This document shows positions 9,961-18,567 of a stretch of 64,000 nt of DNA, one piece after another. A model generated the notes under the pieces. The model was given only the letters and a program-made list of their open reading frames with translations, ran no database searches and was not told where the DNA came from. A program made the translations under genes and the position numbers. This DNA is from an uncultured Chloroflexia bacterium (lineage in GTDB: Bacteria > Chloroflexota > Dehalococcoidia > GIF9 > UBA5629): NCBI GenBank assembly GCA_963784375.1, contig CAWAQY010000005.1:11896-75895 (forward strand), in the 5' to 3' direction. Each line of letters starts with the position of its first letter. Position 1 is the stretch's first letter.

Positions 9961-10461
9961 TTATGGCGGTCCAAACGTTGCTTCAGCGCAAACCCCATTG
10001 GTGGTAGATATAGTTGCCAGATTAATAGTCTTACTTGCTACCGCAGGCGATAGTTTCAAAACAAGCTTCATAGTTTCATTGGGATTGAATATATTCGGCC
10101 CGTAAACCTCGGGTAGCCCATTGATATACAGACCGCCAAGTGTCCAGCCCGGAGTAGCCGCAGAATATGGCAACCGCTGGACGATGCCGCTCTGATATTT
10201 CACGATTACATCCCATTTTTCAAAATGAGCCAGGTCAGTTTGCCCGGCATTTTTAATGATTATTTCCGCTTGTGTTCCCGGTGCATTCGTCGTCGAGCTT
10301 ACATAAGTGATACTTGTGTTTCTTATTTCTCCTGCCGATGATTCGTAGTCTTTCCAGGCATATGAAAGAGTATCAATCGAATTAAACGAATGCATGGCAA
10401 TCGTGGCTCCTCCCACAATCAAAACCGTAATACTTATTAAAGCGATAAACACATTTTCCAT
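9961..10461 (-). CDS. arlG: ArlG/FlaG-like protein (N-terminal hydrophobic helix plus beta-rich domain)
   Basis: Start chosen at ATG 10461 (MENVFIALISITVLIVGGATIAM). Size and position between the ArlF-like gene and arlH fit. The F versus G assignment rests on synteny only. Confidence 0.55.
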   Translation of the reverse strand: MENVFIALISITVLIVGGATIAMHSFNSIDTLSYAWKDYESSAGEIRNTSITYVSSTTNAPGTQAEIIIKNAGQTDLAHFEKWDVIVKYQSGIVQRLPYSAATPGWTLGGLYINGLPEVYGPNIFNPNETMKLVLKLSPAVASKTINLATISTTNGVCAEATFGPP

Positions 10462-10468
10462 AGTATTC

Positions 10469-10930
10469 TCAAGAAGAGCTGTATAATTTCCAGTCTGATA
10501 TCCCATTGGGTATCACTAATTTGAAAAAATAGGTCCCTGATGGTGCCGACAGAAGATAAATAGTAATTTTTGTGGTCGCGGTTGGCCCCCATTTGGTATC
10601 ATTCTCGATAACGTAGTCCCAGTAAGGTTTCGTAGAGCCACCATAAATTATTCGGGCGAAATTTCCTTCCGGTCCCCAAAATATGTCACTGTTTTGAATT
10701 CCACCTATATTTGAAGTACCAACATTCTTTACCCATGCATATATCTTGTCACTATCTTTGGCTATTTCAATAATCTTAATTTGGCTTCTTATCCTATCGT
10801 CAATTTTGCCGGCTGCGTCGGTAATGGCTCCACTGGTTCCTGTAATTGCTGGATATGCCGCATTCATGATCACTACCGAACAAACAACCCCGGCAATAAG
10901 GAGCAGAAGCGTAACAACTACTTTATCCAT
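10469..10930 (-). CDS. arlF: ArlF/FlaF-like protein (N-terminal hydrophobic helix plus beta-rich domain)
   Basis: 153 aa starting MDKVVVTLLLLIAGVVCSVVIM. The archaellin-like N-terminal helix, size and position fit. The F versus G assignment rests on synteny only. Confidence 0.55.
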   Translation of the reverse strand: MDKVVVTLLLLIAGVVCSVVIMNAAYPAITGTSGAITDAAGKIDDRIRSQIKIIEIAKDSDKIYAWVKNVGTSNIGGIQNSDIFWGPEGNFARIIYGGSTKPYWDYVIENDTKWGPTATTKITIYLLSAPSGTYFFKLVIPNGISDWKLYSSS

Positions 10931-11300
10931 TACGAGAATCCTTCATCATAGAAATAATTGACAGAAGTGCATTATCTTGCTGCTTCGAATCTGATAGTAG
11001 ATTATCCAACTGAGCTAAAATAGATAGGTAGTCGCTCGCGGCTATCGGTTGAGAATTGGTAGACTCCTGGATTGAGAGCCGTGCCATTTTTATTAAGGCA
11101 TCTCTAAGGCTTTGTGGGAGACGCCCCATAGTGAATGATATTTCCACGAGTACTTCTGTACGTTCTTTCCCGAGCTTGGTTATTGCCTGGTCCAACCACT
11201 GGGTGAGACCTGCTATAACGACAAGGTCAACCTGCCTGTTACCGCTGCCAGTTTCCTGGTCATTTTTCTTTTCGCTGTTGGATACTGCCGACCTGGGCAA
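10923..11300 (-). CDS. ArlD/E (FlaD/E)-like protein. The true 5' end is possibly at ATG 11433, with a frame break near 11375-11385.
   Basis: The segment DLVVIAGLTQWLDQAITKLGKERTEVLVEISFTMGRLPQSLRDALIKMARL resembles the conserved FlaD/E domain core (..WLeFL...vG...l..vL.yY...GWIs). An upstream frame, MKQSIHRIWAHYETELKR..., could join by a 1-nt shift. Confidence 0.45.
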   Translation of the reverse strand: MPRSAVSNSEKKNDQETGSGNRQVDLVVIAGLTQWLDQAITKLGKERTEVLVEISFTMGRLPQSLRDALIKMARLSIQESTNSQPIAASDYLSILAQLDNLLSDSKQQDNALLSIISMMKDSRNG

Positions 11301-11457
11301 AATCCCTTCAGAATGATCCTCCTGTTTGGATGTTTCAGTCCTTAGGCCATATTCCTGCCGAGTCGTTTCGCGAGGGCATTCTCTTTAGTTCTGTTTCATA
11401 ATGTGCCCATATTCGGTGAATCGATTGTTTCATTCTGAATTCTTGAGTTATGTGCAC

Positions 11458-11778
11458 TTATCTCCCTTTGGGATTGATGCGATGAATTGCTGGATTTCGA
11501 TCGCTCGCTGTATCTGTTTCACTATATACATTCTCCGTATCTACGGGAGCGCTGTCTTCATCCTCGGAATCATCAGTATCCTGCTGCTCTCCTTTTTGTT
11601 CTAGATGCATTGCCTGATTTATCCCACCGGCACTGGGTACCATATTTTGATTGAAAGGGTTTTGAATATTAAGGTACTGTTCTCGTAAATCCAGAAGAAC
11701 TGCCTTGATCTCATTTTTTAATATTTTCAGTTCATCTTCCAATACCGTAATTCTTTGCTCGTCCTTCATGGCACTCAC
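11458..11778 (-). CDS. Coiled-coil protein with acidic tail, in the position of ArlC/D/E N-terminal regions
   Basis: 106 aa with the heptad-like segment RITVLEDELKILKNEIKAVLLDLREQYL followed by a D/E-rich tail. It lies between the archaellin and the ArlD/E-like gene. Confidence 0.4.
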   Translation of the reverse strand: MSAMKDEQRITVLEDELKILKNEIKAVLLDLREQYLNIQNPFNQNMVPSAGGINQAMHLEQKGEQQDTDDSEDEDSAPVDTENVYSETDTASDRNPAIHRINPKGR

Positions 11779-11873
11779 CCTTTTACTGATGAAGGGTCAT
11801 TCGATTGAGACATGACCCTTCACGGTAAACCTATTTTAGAAAACCAGTTCTAAATATCGACCAATTTAGCGAA

Positions 11874-12488
11874 TTAATGGAGATCCATCGCTGGCTCTAA
11901 TGCTCCCGGTAATGATCTCATTATAGTGATTGTGGAACCCAAAGACGGCTTTATCTGAACACTGAATTTACCGTTGGCCTCTATTCCATTTACCAGTGCA
12001 GTACCTCCAAGGTCGGCCGTATTGATATTTATCTCGAATTGTTCGCCAGTTTCTAGCAAATTGTCGGAGTCAGCAGCGCCGATGGCAGTCTTGGTCCATT
12101 TAATATTGTTGAGATATTCTGCAGATGTACCAAGGCTGATCACGGTTTTATTGGTGGCGTTTGCCGTGCCATCACAAGGCGTCATATCGATCGGTTGCCC
12201 GGCAACAGCATTCTTTACCGTAATCAATATGTTAGATACTGTGACATTATCAGTCGACTTGGCAATGACTGAACCGGATACCTCAAGGTTGCTCTGAGCG
12301 GTTTTTAACCCGGCATAGATTGTTTCCTTGCCTCTCTCGGCGGAAAACAGCCCTGCGCTCAGCACCGCGTAGCCGAATACGGCAGCTACTGTGACGAAGG
12401 CGATAAGGATAATGGCGGTTTCCAGTCCGGTCATACCGCGGTCGTCCCTATGCAGATTCCTCATTGCTTTCATGAATTTCTTAAACAT
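11874..12488 (-). CDS. arlB: Archaellin (archaeal flagellin) with a class III signal peptide
   Basis: Start ATG 12488 is preceded by AAAGGAGG. The N-terminus MFKKFMKAMRNLHRDDRG/MTGLETAIILIAFVTVAAVFGYAVL is a canonical archaellin prepilin-like leader plus hydrophobic helix. The C-terminal region is beta-rich. Confidence 0.85.
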   Translation of the reverse strand: MFKKFMKAMRNLHRDDRGMTGLETAIILIAFVTVAAVFGYAVLSAGLFSAERGKETIYAGLKTAQSNLEVSGSVIAKSTDNVTVSNILITVKNAVAGQPIDMTPCDGTANATNKTVISLGTSAEYLNNIKWTKTAIGAADSDNLLETGEQFEININTADLGGTALVNGIEANGKFSVQIKPSLGSTITIMRSLPGALEPAMDLH

Positions 12489-12527
12489 TATTCCTCCTTT
12501 GGTCATATATATTCTCCACAAAATTTA

Positions 12528-12998
12528 TCAAAGTTTTACCAGTGTAAAATGGTGTTCGTCCTGGAACAGGATAGAGTGCCACAAATTGATAATTCGAATT
12601 GCTGCTATCAATTCATTACGCCCGATATCCCTCGATAAGAATGCAGAAGCACCATTTTCGATTGCAGGTACAAGAAAGCTTCTTTCATCATTCAAAACAA
12701 TTATGCCAACATGGTTTAAAGATTGGTTTATCTGGTTGACTACCTTGATACCCTCCGTCCCCCCCATTTCAGCATCTAGAATCACAATATCGGGATATAA
12801 TTTTTGTATTTGACTTAAAGCTTCTTTCGCATTTCGTGCTTCGCCGATGACTTTAATGTTGTCATCACCGCTTAACATCTGGCGTAAACCTTCCCGCATT
12901 GCCTCCCTGCTATCTACTAACACTACACGTATTACATCCTCATTACTGGCAATATAATTGTATACGTGAGATAATTCTTTTGTTTTAGTCCCTTCCAT
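12528..12998 (-). CDS. Stand-alone receiver (REC/CheY-like) protein with atypical active-site residues
   Basis: 156 aa. Alignment by eye to CheY gives VVLVDS (DD becomes DS), IVILDAEMGG (phospho-acceptor Asp present), IIVLND (Thr87 position is Asn) and AFLSRD (Lys109 position is Arg). It lies 39 nt upstream of arlB on the same strand. Confidence 0.75.
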   Translation of the reverse strand: MEGTKTKELSHVYNYIASNEDVIRVVLVDSREAMREGLRQMLSGDDNIKVIGEARNAKEALSQIQKLYPDIVILDAEMGGTEGIKVVNQINQSLNHVGIIVLNDERSFLVPAIENGASAFLSRDIGRNELIAAIRIINLWHSILFQDEHHFTLVKL

Positions 12999-13036
12999 AT
13001 ATCACTCCGTAAATTTAATTCTGGATGTATTTTGGC

Positions 13037-13059
13037 ACTTTTGTACCCCCTACAAAAGT
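13037..13059. promoter_or_regulatory. Perfect 9-bp inverted repeat (ACTTTTGTA-ccccc-TACAAAAGT) in the 220-bp gap upstream of the REC-arlB genes
   Basis: Read directly from the sequence. It lies between the NarL-type regulator stop (13218) and the REC start (12998). Its function (operator or hairpin) is unknown. Confidence 0.3.
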
Positions 13060-13217
13060 CCCAAAAGGGGTCAAAATAGTTACCATACCAGCTAATAGTT
13101 TTTTCGGCAATTGGTTAAACAAGGAATGAAATGGTCATGGATAAATGGAAGGAACTGAATGCTGATTTCGACTGATATGAGGGTGGACCGAACTTTATTA
13201 AATTAAGGATTGCTAAC

Positions 13218-13850
13218 TCAAAGTAAATTCTTGGTATAAGCTTCTGATACAGCCTGCGCTCTGTCCGTAGCTCCGAGCTTAGCAAATATGGTACTGGTTT
13301 CTCTCTTTATTGTCGCTTCACTGAGATATAGCTTCTTGGCAATTTCTTTATTGCTGATACCGCCAGCTATGAGACGTAGAATACTAAGTTGCCTTGAAGT
13401 CAAGACATTTTCCCGGTTGACAGCTGCCATCTTGGTAAATTGTTTTAAAAGAGAACTGGCGATCGAAGGTGCGAACGGAGATTGGCCTCCGCTGGCAAGC
13501 CTTATTGCTTTTGCCAGATCCTCTCTGCAAATGTCTTTAAGTAAATAACCTACAGCTCCAGCTTCGGCACATTGTCCTAAATATTTGTCATCATAAACAG
13601 TCAAAATGATTATATTTGCTGCACAACCCTGTGCCTTCAGTTGCCGAGTTGCTTCAATACCACTCATCCCGGACATCTTGACATCCATGAGTATCACATC
13701 CGGAGCAAGGTCTTTAGCCTTGACTATAGCTTCTTCACCTGATTTTGCTTCACCAACAACTGTTATGTCACTTTCTAACTCCAGCATTCGACGTATACCT
13801 TCCCGCACCAACGGTTGATCATCTACTAATAGCACTTCAATAGGTTTCAT
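13218..13850 (-). CDS. NarL/LuxR-family response regulator (REC plus HTH)
   Basis: MKPIEVLLVDDQPLVREG..DVILMDVKMSGMSG..IIILTVYDD..GAVGYLLKD shows canonical REC residues. The C-terminal part LTSRQLSILRLIAGGISNKEIAKKLYLSEATIKRETSTIFAKLG is a LuxR HTH. Confidence 0.85.
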   Translation of the reverse strand: MKPIEVLLVDDQPLVREGIRRMLELESDITVVGEAKSGEEAIVKAKDLAPDVILMDVKMSGMSGIEATRQLKAQGCAANIIILTVYDDKYLGQCAEAGAVGYLLKDICREDLAKAIRLASGGQSPFAPSIASSLLKQFTKMAAVNRENVLTSRQLSILRLIAGGISNKEIAKKLYLSEATIKRETSTIFAKLGATDRAQAVSEAYTKNLL

Positions 13851-13861
13851 AAAAATACCCC

Positions 13862-15570
13862 TTAGCAAGGATTTACCGGAACTTTATCAGGAAGCTTGAT
13901 TTCGGTTTCGTCATTGTTCACCGCAGAAGAAATAATAAGGCAAACCCTTGTTCCCTCACCAGGCGCAGTGGTTATTGTTAATTTTCCTCCGACCATTTCC
14001 GCTTTTTCGTTCATGCTTAAAAGGCCTATATGGCCTTCGAACGCTTTATATCTCATCGCCTGTTCCAGGTTAAACCCGCATCCGTTATCAATGATATCAA
14101 GTAAAATCGTAGTGGGTTCAAATACTAAATTGATACTAACCTTGGAAGCACTCGCATGTTTTCGAATATTATTAAGCGCTTCTAAACATATACGATAAAT
14201 AACTGTTTCCTGCATTGAAGACAAAGGTTTAGAATCCCCTTTGATCTCCAAGTCAATGAGAATTCCAGTTTCTTTACCCATTGATATTATATATTGCTGC
14301 AGTGCTCCAATCAACCCTATCTCTGCCAGAATTGTGGGGTGAAGATCAAGAATCAATCTGCGTAGCTCTTTTATGCTCTGGCCTAATATATTACCGGCAC
14401 GGCCTATCTCAATACTTGCTTCCTCTAACTTTTCCATAGAAACATAAGCATGACTTAATTGGATAAAATAGGAAGCACTGACCAACCATTGAGCCAGACC
14501 ATCATGTAATTCGGTAGATATTCTTCTCCTTTCATCTTCCTGGGCAGTGAGGCATCTTCTTAGAAATACTTCCCCATTATCTTTATGCGTTTTTATATCT
14601 TCAAATAGTTTGCCGTTTTCGATTGCAATCGCTGCCTGGCCTGCCAGAATGGTGAGTAGCTCAAGATCACTTTCTGTAAAAGGCAAACTTGAAGTTCCTT
14701 TGCTGCAATTGATAACGCCAATCACCTTTCCTTTTACAGATAAAGGGACGCATAGTATTGAAGAAACCACCGATCCATCATTTAATGCCGGATTGATCTC
14801 CCCTGGTTTTCTATCACGTAATATCGCTTTACCGGTCTTGATTACAGACCAGGTTGTATCTACATCTGATAGTCCTACTGCTTTACCGATCATAGCCTTC
14901 GATGAACCCAGTGCTGCTTTTATTATCAGTTCATTAGCCAACTCGTCCAGCAACATCAAAGAAACATTGTCAGATTTCGTTTCCATACCGACTATCCGGA
15001 CAAGTCGATTAAAGATTTTACTCGCATCCTGATCGGAGACAATGGAATTGTTCACCTCAAATAAAGGTAGCAATGTTTTGAATCGTACATTTTCCTTGGC
15101 TGAGCGATTCTTATTTAATATTTCCTTAACCACGGAAATAAGTTCTTCATTGTGGATCGGATCGGATAGTATCGCTTGAGCTCCCGCTCTGAATGATTTG
15201 ATAATGATGTCTATCGGGTCGTTTCTGCTGATAACTAACAAACCAATAGACGGATTTATAAGACGAATTCTTTGCAAAAAATCCGACCCACCTGTTTCGA
15301 GCATAGATAGACTGGTAATCAGGAGGTCTATCGGTTTTTTCCGTGCCATCGTTATGGCTTCAGCAACGGATTGAGAATGGAAAACCAAATAACCGCATCG
15401 GTGAGGGCAGAACTTATAGTGCAAATCATGGCTTGATCCCCATCAACTACCAGTATTTTTTCTTTTGATGAGTTTGCTATATCCAAGTTATCACTCCCAT
15501 GATAGCTTCCTAAAATAGATAATATTTCCTTTGCAGACCATATCTCAAATTTTTTGAAACTTCTTAACAC
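13862..15570 (-). CDS. Hybrid sensor kinase REC-GAF-HisKA_3-HATPase_c (NarL-partner type), frame break ~15350-15425
   Basis: Carries H-box ELHDGLAQ, N-box EALNNIRKHA, DNGCGF and GLLSMNEKAEMVGG. The N-terminal REC is split: KILVVDGDQ (ORF 15352..15570) continues in ORF 13862..15424 (..AITMARKKPIDLLITSLSMLETGG..). Confidence 0.75.
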
Positions 15571-15733
15571 AATATAGCGGTAGAGGGTAAAAATAACGAT
15601 AAATATACGGTAAATGGGAGGTAAATAATGCGTAAAATTCGGTTAACGCTACTTCATTGGTTCCACCCGGGTATTTTTTAATCGGTTAAAGATAGGTTAG
15701 TTGAATATAATTTGGTATAAGCTTTGGTTTTAG

Positions 15734-16285
15734 CTATTTTCGCTGAGGCCACCACCCCCACCAATTCTCGTGGTCGCATGTCGTACACCTGACTTTTACC
15801 GCTATCGTACCCATGGACCGGCAAGAATTACAGTTATAGGTCTTCCCAATATTATAGCCCGGTGTACTCCTCAGGCCTTCTGTAATAATCTCAACCTGAC
15901 TGCTTATGCTCCGTAATTGTTGAATGGTCGACTTCTGGGATTCTGAGGTTGATTGACCACTAAATCCAATGTTGTTTTCAAGATTAGTGATTCGTAGCTC
16001 CATCTTGGCTAATCGTAAGGACAATTCGGCCATTTGCATGCCGAGAGAATTAATTTGTCCTGCCGCAATACAATTTTCATGCTCATCTACGGATACGTTT
16101 CTGCGTTCAGTTAATTCTGGAGCTGGGCTTCTCATAGTCTCCGGCAGATTCCCAGACATAGATGGCCCAACATTTCCTGAATCGCAATGGCCGGATGATT
16201 TTGGTTGATTTGGTTTACATACCACTTTTCCCTCCAGGACGATTTTATCTTCCTGCGTCAGAATTTTATTCGCTTTGGCCATCAT
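15734..16285 (-). CDS. Hypothetical protein with a central coiled coil and a C-terminal CxxC...CxxC zinc-ribbon-like motif
   Basis: 183-aa ORF containing MQMAELSLRLAKMELRITNLENN and CNSCRSMGTIAVKVRCTTCDHENWWGWW. No family recognised. Confidence 0.45.
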   Translation of the reverse strand: MMAKANKILTQEDKIVLEGKVVCKPNQPKSSGHCDSGNVGPSMSGNLPETMRSPAPELTERRNVSVDEHENCIAAGQINSLGMQMAELSLRLAKMELRITNLENNIGFSGQSTSESQKSTIQQLRSISSQVEIITEGLRSTPGYNIGKTYNCNSCRSMGTIAVKVRCTTCDHENWWGWWPQRK

Positions 16286-16359
16286 TCTCTCCTTAATTCA
16301 CCTGAGCCAGGATATTGAATTCCTTTGATATTCTTTATCTTTTTGGTCTGATGCCACTC

Positions 16360-16944
16360 TCATACGGGTTCAGCCGCCATTTCAAATGATGCTTTGATTA
16401 GATTACTGCAGACCATCACAATAAATTTCGCAGTTGATGATTTCCCGTTCAATTGAAGTTGGGTGTCGATAGTAAAAACCGTATCGTGATTTGACTCTAT
16501 TCCCTCGCTGGCGATGCCCGTAATAGATTCTACCGAATCAACTATTATTACAGGCAGAGATGGCTTTAATCCCAGTCCGAGCGTGTCCATTACGGTAGTA
16601 ATAAAAGATTTCATAATCAAATTGCCTAACTCGCAAATAGCCGATTGCCTTACCTCCGAGAGGCTTTTTGACGGCACAATATCATCACCAAAAAGTGTTT
16701 CCAGCATCATACGGGCGATTTTAAGCTTGTAAGCTATCAAAATTCGTCCACCTGTCCCAACAGGTAACTTCTGATAGATTCCGACGGCCAAATCATCGTT
16801 ACCTCCCAGGAGATCAGTTATATGCTCGGAGGGAACCTGCCTGACTTGTATCGAATTGACTTCAATATCATAATGTATGAGTTTAGAGATATCTGCAATG
16901 GCAACCGTGAACCACTTTGTAAGAATTTGATTCCAATCCCTCAT
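16360..16944 (-). CDS. CheC/CheX-family CheY-P phosphatase-like protein (single active-site motif)
   Basis: SAICELGNLIMKSFITTVMDTLGLGLKPSLP matches the CheC signature [D/S]xxxExxNx22P exactly (counted by hand). Confidence 0.7.
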   Translation of the reverse strand: MRDWNQILTKWFTVAIADISKLIHYDIEVNSIQVRQVPSEHITDLLGGNDDLAVGIYQKLPVGTGGRILIAYKLKIARMMLETLFGDDIVPSKSLSEVRQSAICELGNLIMKSFITTVMDTLGLGLKPSLPVIIVDSVESITGIASEGIESNHDTVFTIDTQLQLNGKSSTAKFIVMVCSNLIKASFEMAAEPV

Positions 16945-17325
16945 TCCTTTTCAACCTGCAATAAAAAAATTAAGGCACACAATATGACAACTTAAATTGT
17001 CAATAGTGGTGTCAAATTACCAATTTACTCTTGCATATTCTCCAGCCAACCAGTACTTCATACAAGCACCCTAAGGCTAAACGTAATGAGCCTCATGTCT
17101 CAATGTGGTCTATCAACAATGAGACATAAAAAGAATGTCAGCCGGATAGGCAATGTGAAAAATTGGAGAGTTTCCTGAAATTACACGAGGAAGGTAAAAT
17201 TTCGGCTCAGACCAAACTCTGATCTTGAAGTAAAGAGGAACTGATTGGAGTGTCTAGGATTAAATCGAACAAGTTTGTAAATCTGCTCATACTTGTCATG
17301 GATGTCCTGCAAATAGTCTACTCGT

Positions 17326-17484
17326 TCAGCTTTTTGAGGACAAACCCCTATAGGCAGCCAGAGCAAATATTACTGCCAGGAAACCAAATGCGACCGCGGT
17401 ATATTGACTATTAGGTTCCAAAAAAGCACCGGCTATTGCGCCCCAAGCACAAGCTATCGCTGCGAAAATCCATAGTATGTTCAT
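17326..17484 (-). CDS. Small (52 aa) two-helix membrane protein, below the ORF-track cutoff
   Basis: Hand translation gives MNILWIFAAIACAWGAIAGAFLEPNSQYTAVAFGFLAVIFALAAYRGLSSKS, preceded by a GGGGGTAAGG Shine-Dalgarno-like sequence. Confidence 0.4.
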   Translation of the reverse strand: MNILWIFAAIACAWGAIAGAFLEPNSQYTAVAFGFLAVIFALAAYRGLSSKS

Positions 17485-17646
17485 ATTTTTCCTTACCCCC
17501 TAATTATTGCTTTAACGCTATTATCTCTTAATGTAATCAAGAGGTCAATAGTAGCTTCAGCAATACCAATCAACATACATATGTGATTGATGAGGATCCT
17601 AGTCATGGTGTCTTTTAGGGAAAGGGAAGTGGCAACGGTTTTTTCG

Positions 17647-18567
17647 CTAAGCTCTTATACGTTCCAGAGCCATTTGCAGGTCTGAAGGCAATTCAGAGAT
17701 AAATTCTTTGTATTCTCCTGTAGATGGCAACCGGAAACCTAATCGGTAGGCATGTAAAAACTGACGTTTTAAGTGTACCGATTTTACTCCATACGTGATG
17801 TCTCCAATAACAGGATAGCCGATAGCGGAAAGATGAACCCGTATTTGATGGGTACGTCCTGTTTCAATAGTGATTTCAAGCAAAGTATACTTGCCAATAT
17901 ATTCTCTTACCTTATAAATAGTTTTTGCTTCTCTTCCTTTGCTCACAATAGCCATACGTTTTCTGTTTACCGGATGACGACCTATAGGAGCTTCAATAAT
18001 CCCTCGCGATGGTGTGACTTTACCTTTAACAAGAGCGATGTAGCCTTTGGAAACAGAATGTGTTTTAAACTGATTGATCAAATTTTGCTGTGCAGGGCCA
18101 TTTTTAGCAACGATCATAAGCCCGGAAGTATCCTTGTCCAGTCGATGCACGATGCCCGGACGTAAAGAAGCTCCAAAATTCGCTAACTCCGGGTACCGTG
18201 CTAACAGAGCATTGATCAGCGTATGGCTGGCGTGACCCGGGGCGGGATGAACAGTCAAACCGGCAGCTTTGTTCAAAACTATAACGTCGCTATCTTCGTA
18301 TATTATATCGAGGGGCATCGATTCGGCAACGAGTGAAGAGGTCTCGGGCGGAGGGAGGCTTATAAATATTTTATCCCCCCTCTCGAGTTTCTGGCTAACC
18401 TTGGCTTGTTGGCTATTAACCAGAATAAAGCCCTGCTCGATCATTTTTTTAATATAAGATCTTGATGTATCAGGGTGTCGCGAGGCCAGATATTTATCCA
18501 ACCGCGTTGTAGCTTCTGTAACCTGGATGGTTTCAGCTGATAGTTGAGGAGATATGTCCTTCTCCAT
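17647..18567 (-). CDS. rluD: 23S rRNA pseudouridine synthase, RluA/RluD family (S4 domain plus catalytic domain)
   Basis: Contains RLDKYL (S4), the HRLDKDTSGL catalytic motif and GRTHQIRVH. Confidence 0.85.
   Translation of the reverse strand: MEKDISPQLSAETIQVTEATTRLDKYLASRHPDTSRSYIKKMIEQGFILVNSQQAKVSQKLERGDKIFISLPPPETSSLVAESMPLDIIYEDSDVIVLNKAAGLTVHPAPGHASHTLINALLARYPELANFGASLRPGIVHRLDKDTSGLMIVAKNGPAQQNLINQFKTHSVSKGYIALVKGKVTPSRGIIEAPIGRHPVNRKRMAIVSKGREAKTIYKVREYIGKYTLLEITIETGRTHQIRVHLSAIGYPVIGDITYGVKSVHLKRQFLHAYRLGFRLPSTGEYKEFISELPSDLQMALERIRA

Noticed and set aside
17181-17366. The 61-aa ORF from the track.
   Set aside because: It has no RBS and odd composition. The overlapping 52-aa ORF at 17326..17484 has an SD and a clear two-helix membrane profile, so it is preferred.
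18441-18567. The 127-nt lspA/rluD overlap, considered as a genuine long gene overlap.
   Set aside because: The LspA conserved core ends well before the overlap, and an A6 homopolymer sits at the junction. An indel-induced loss of the true lspA stop is more plausible.
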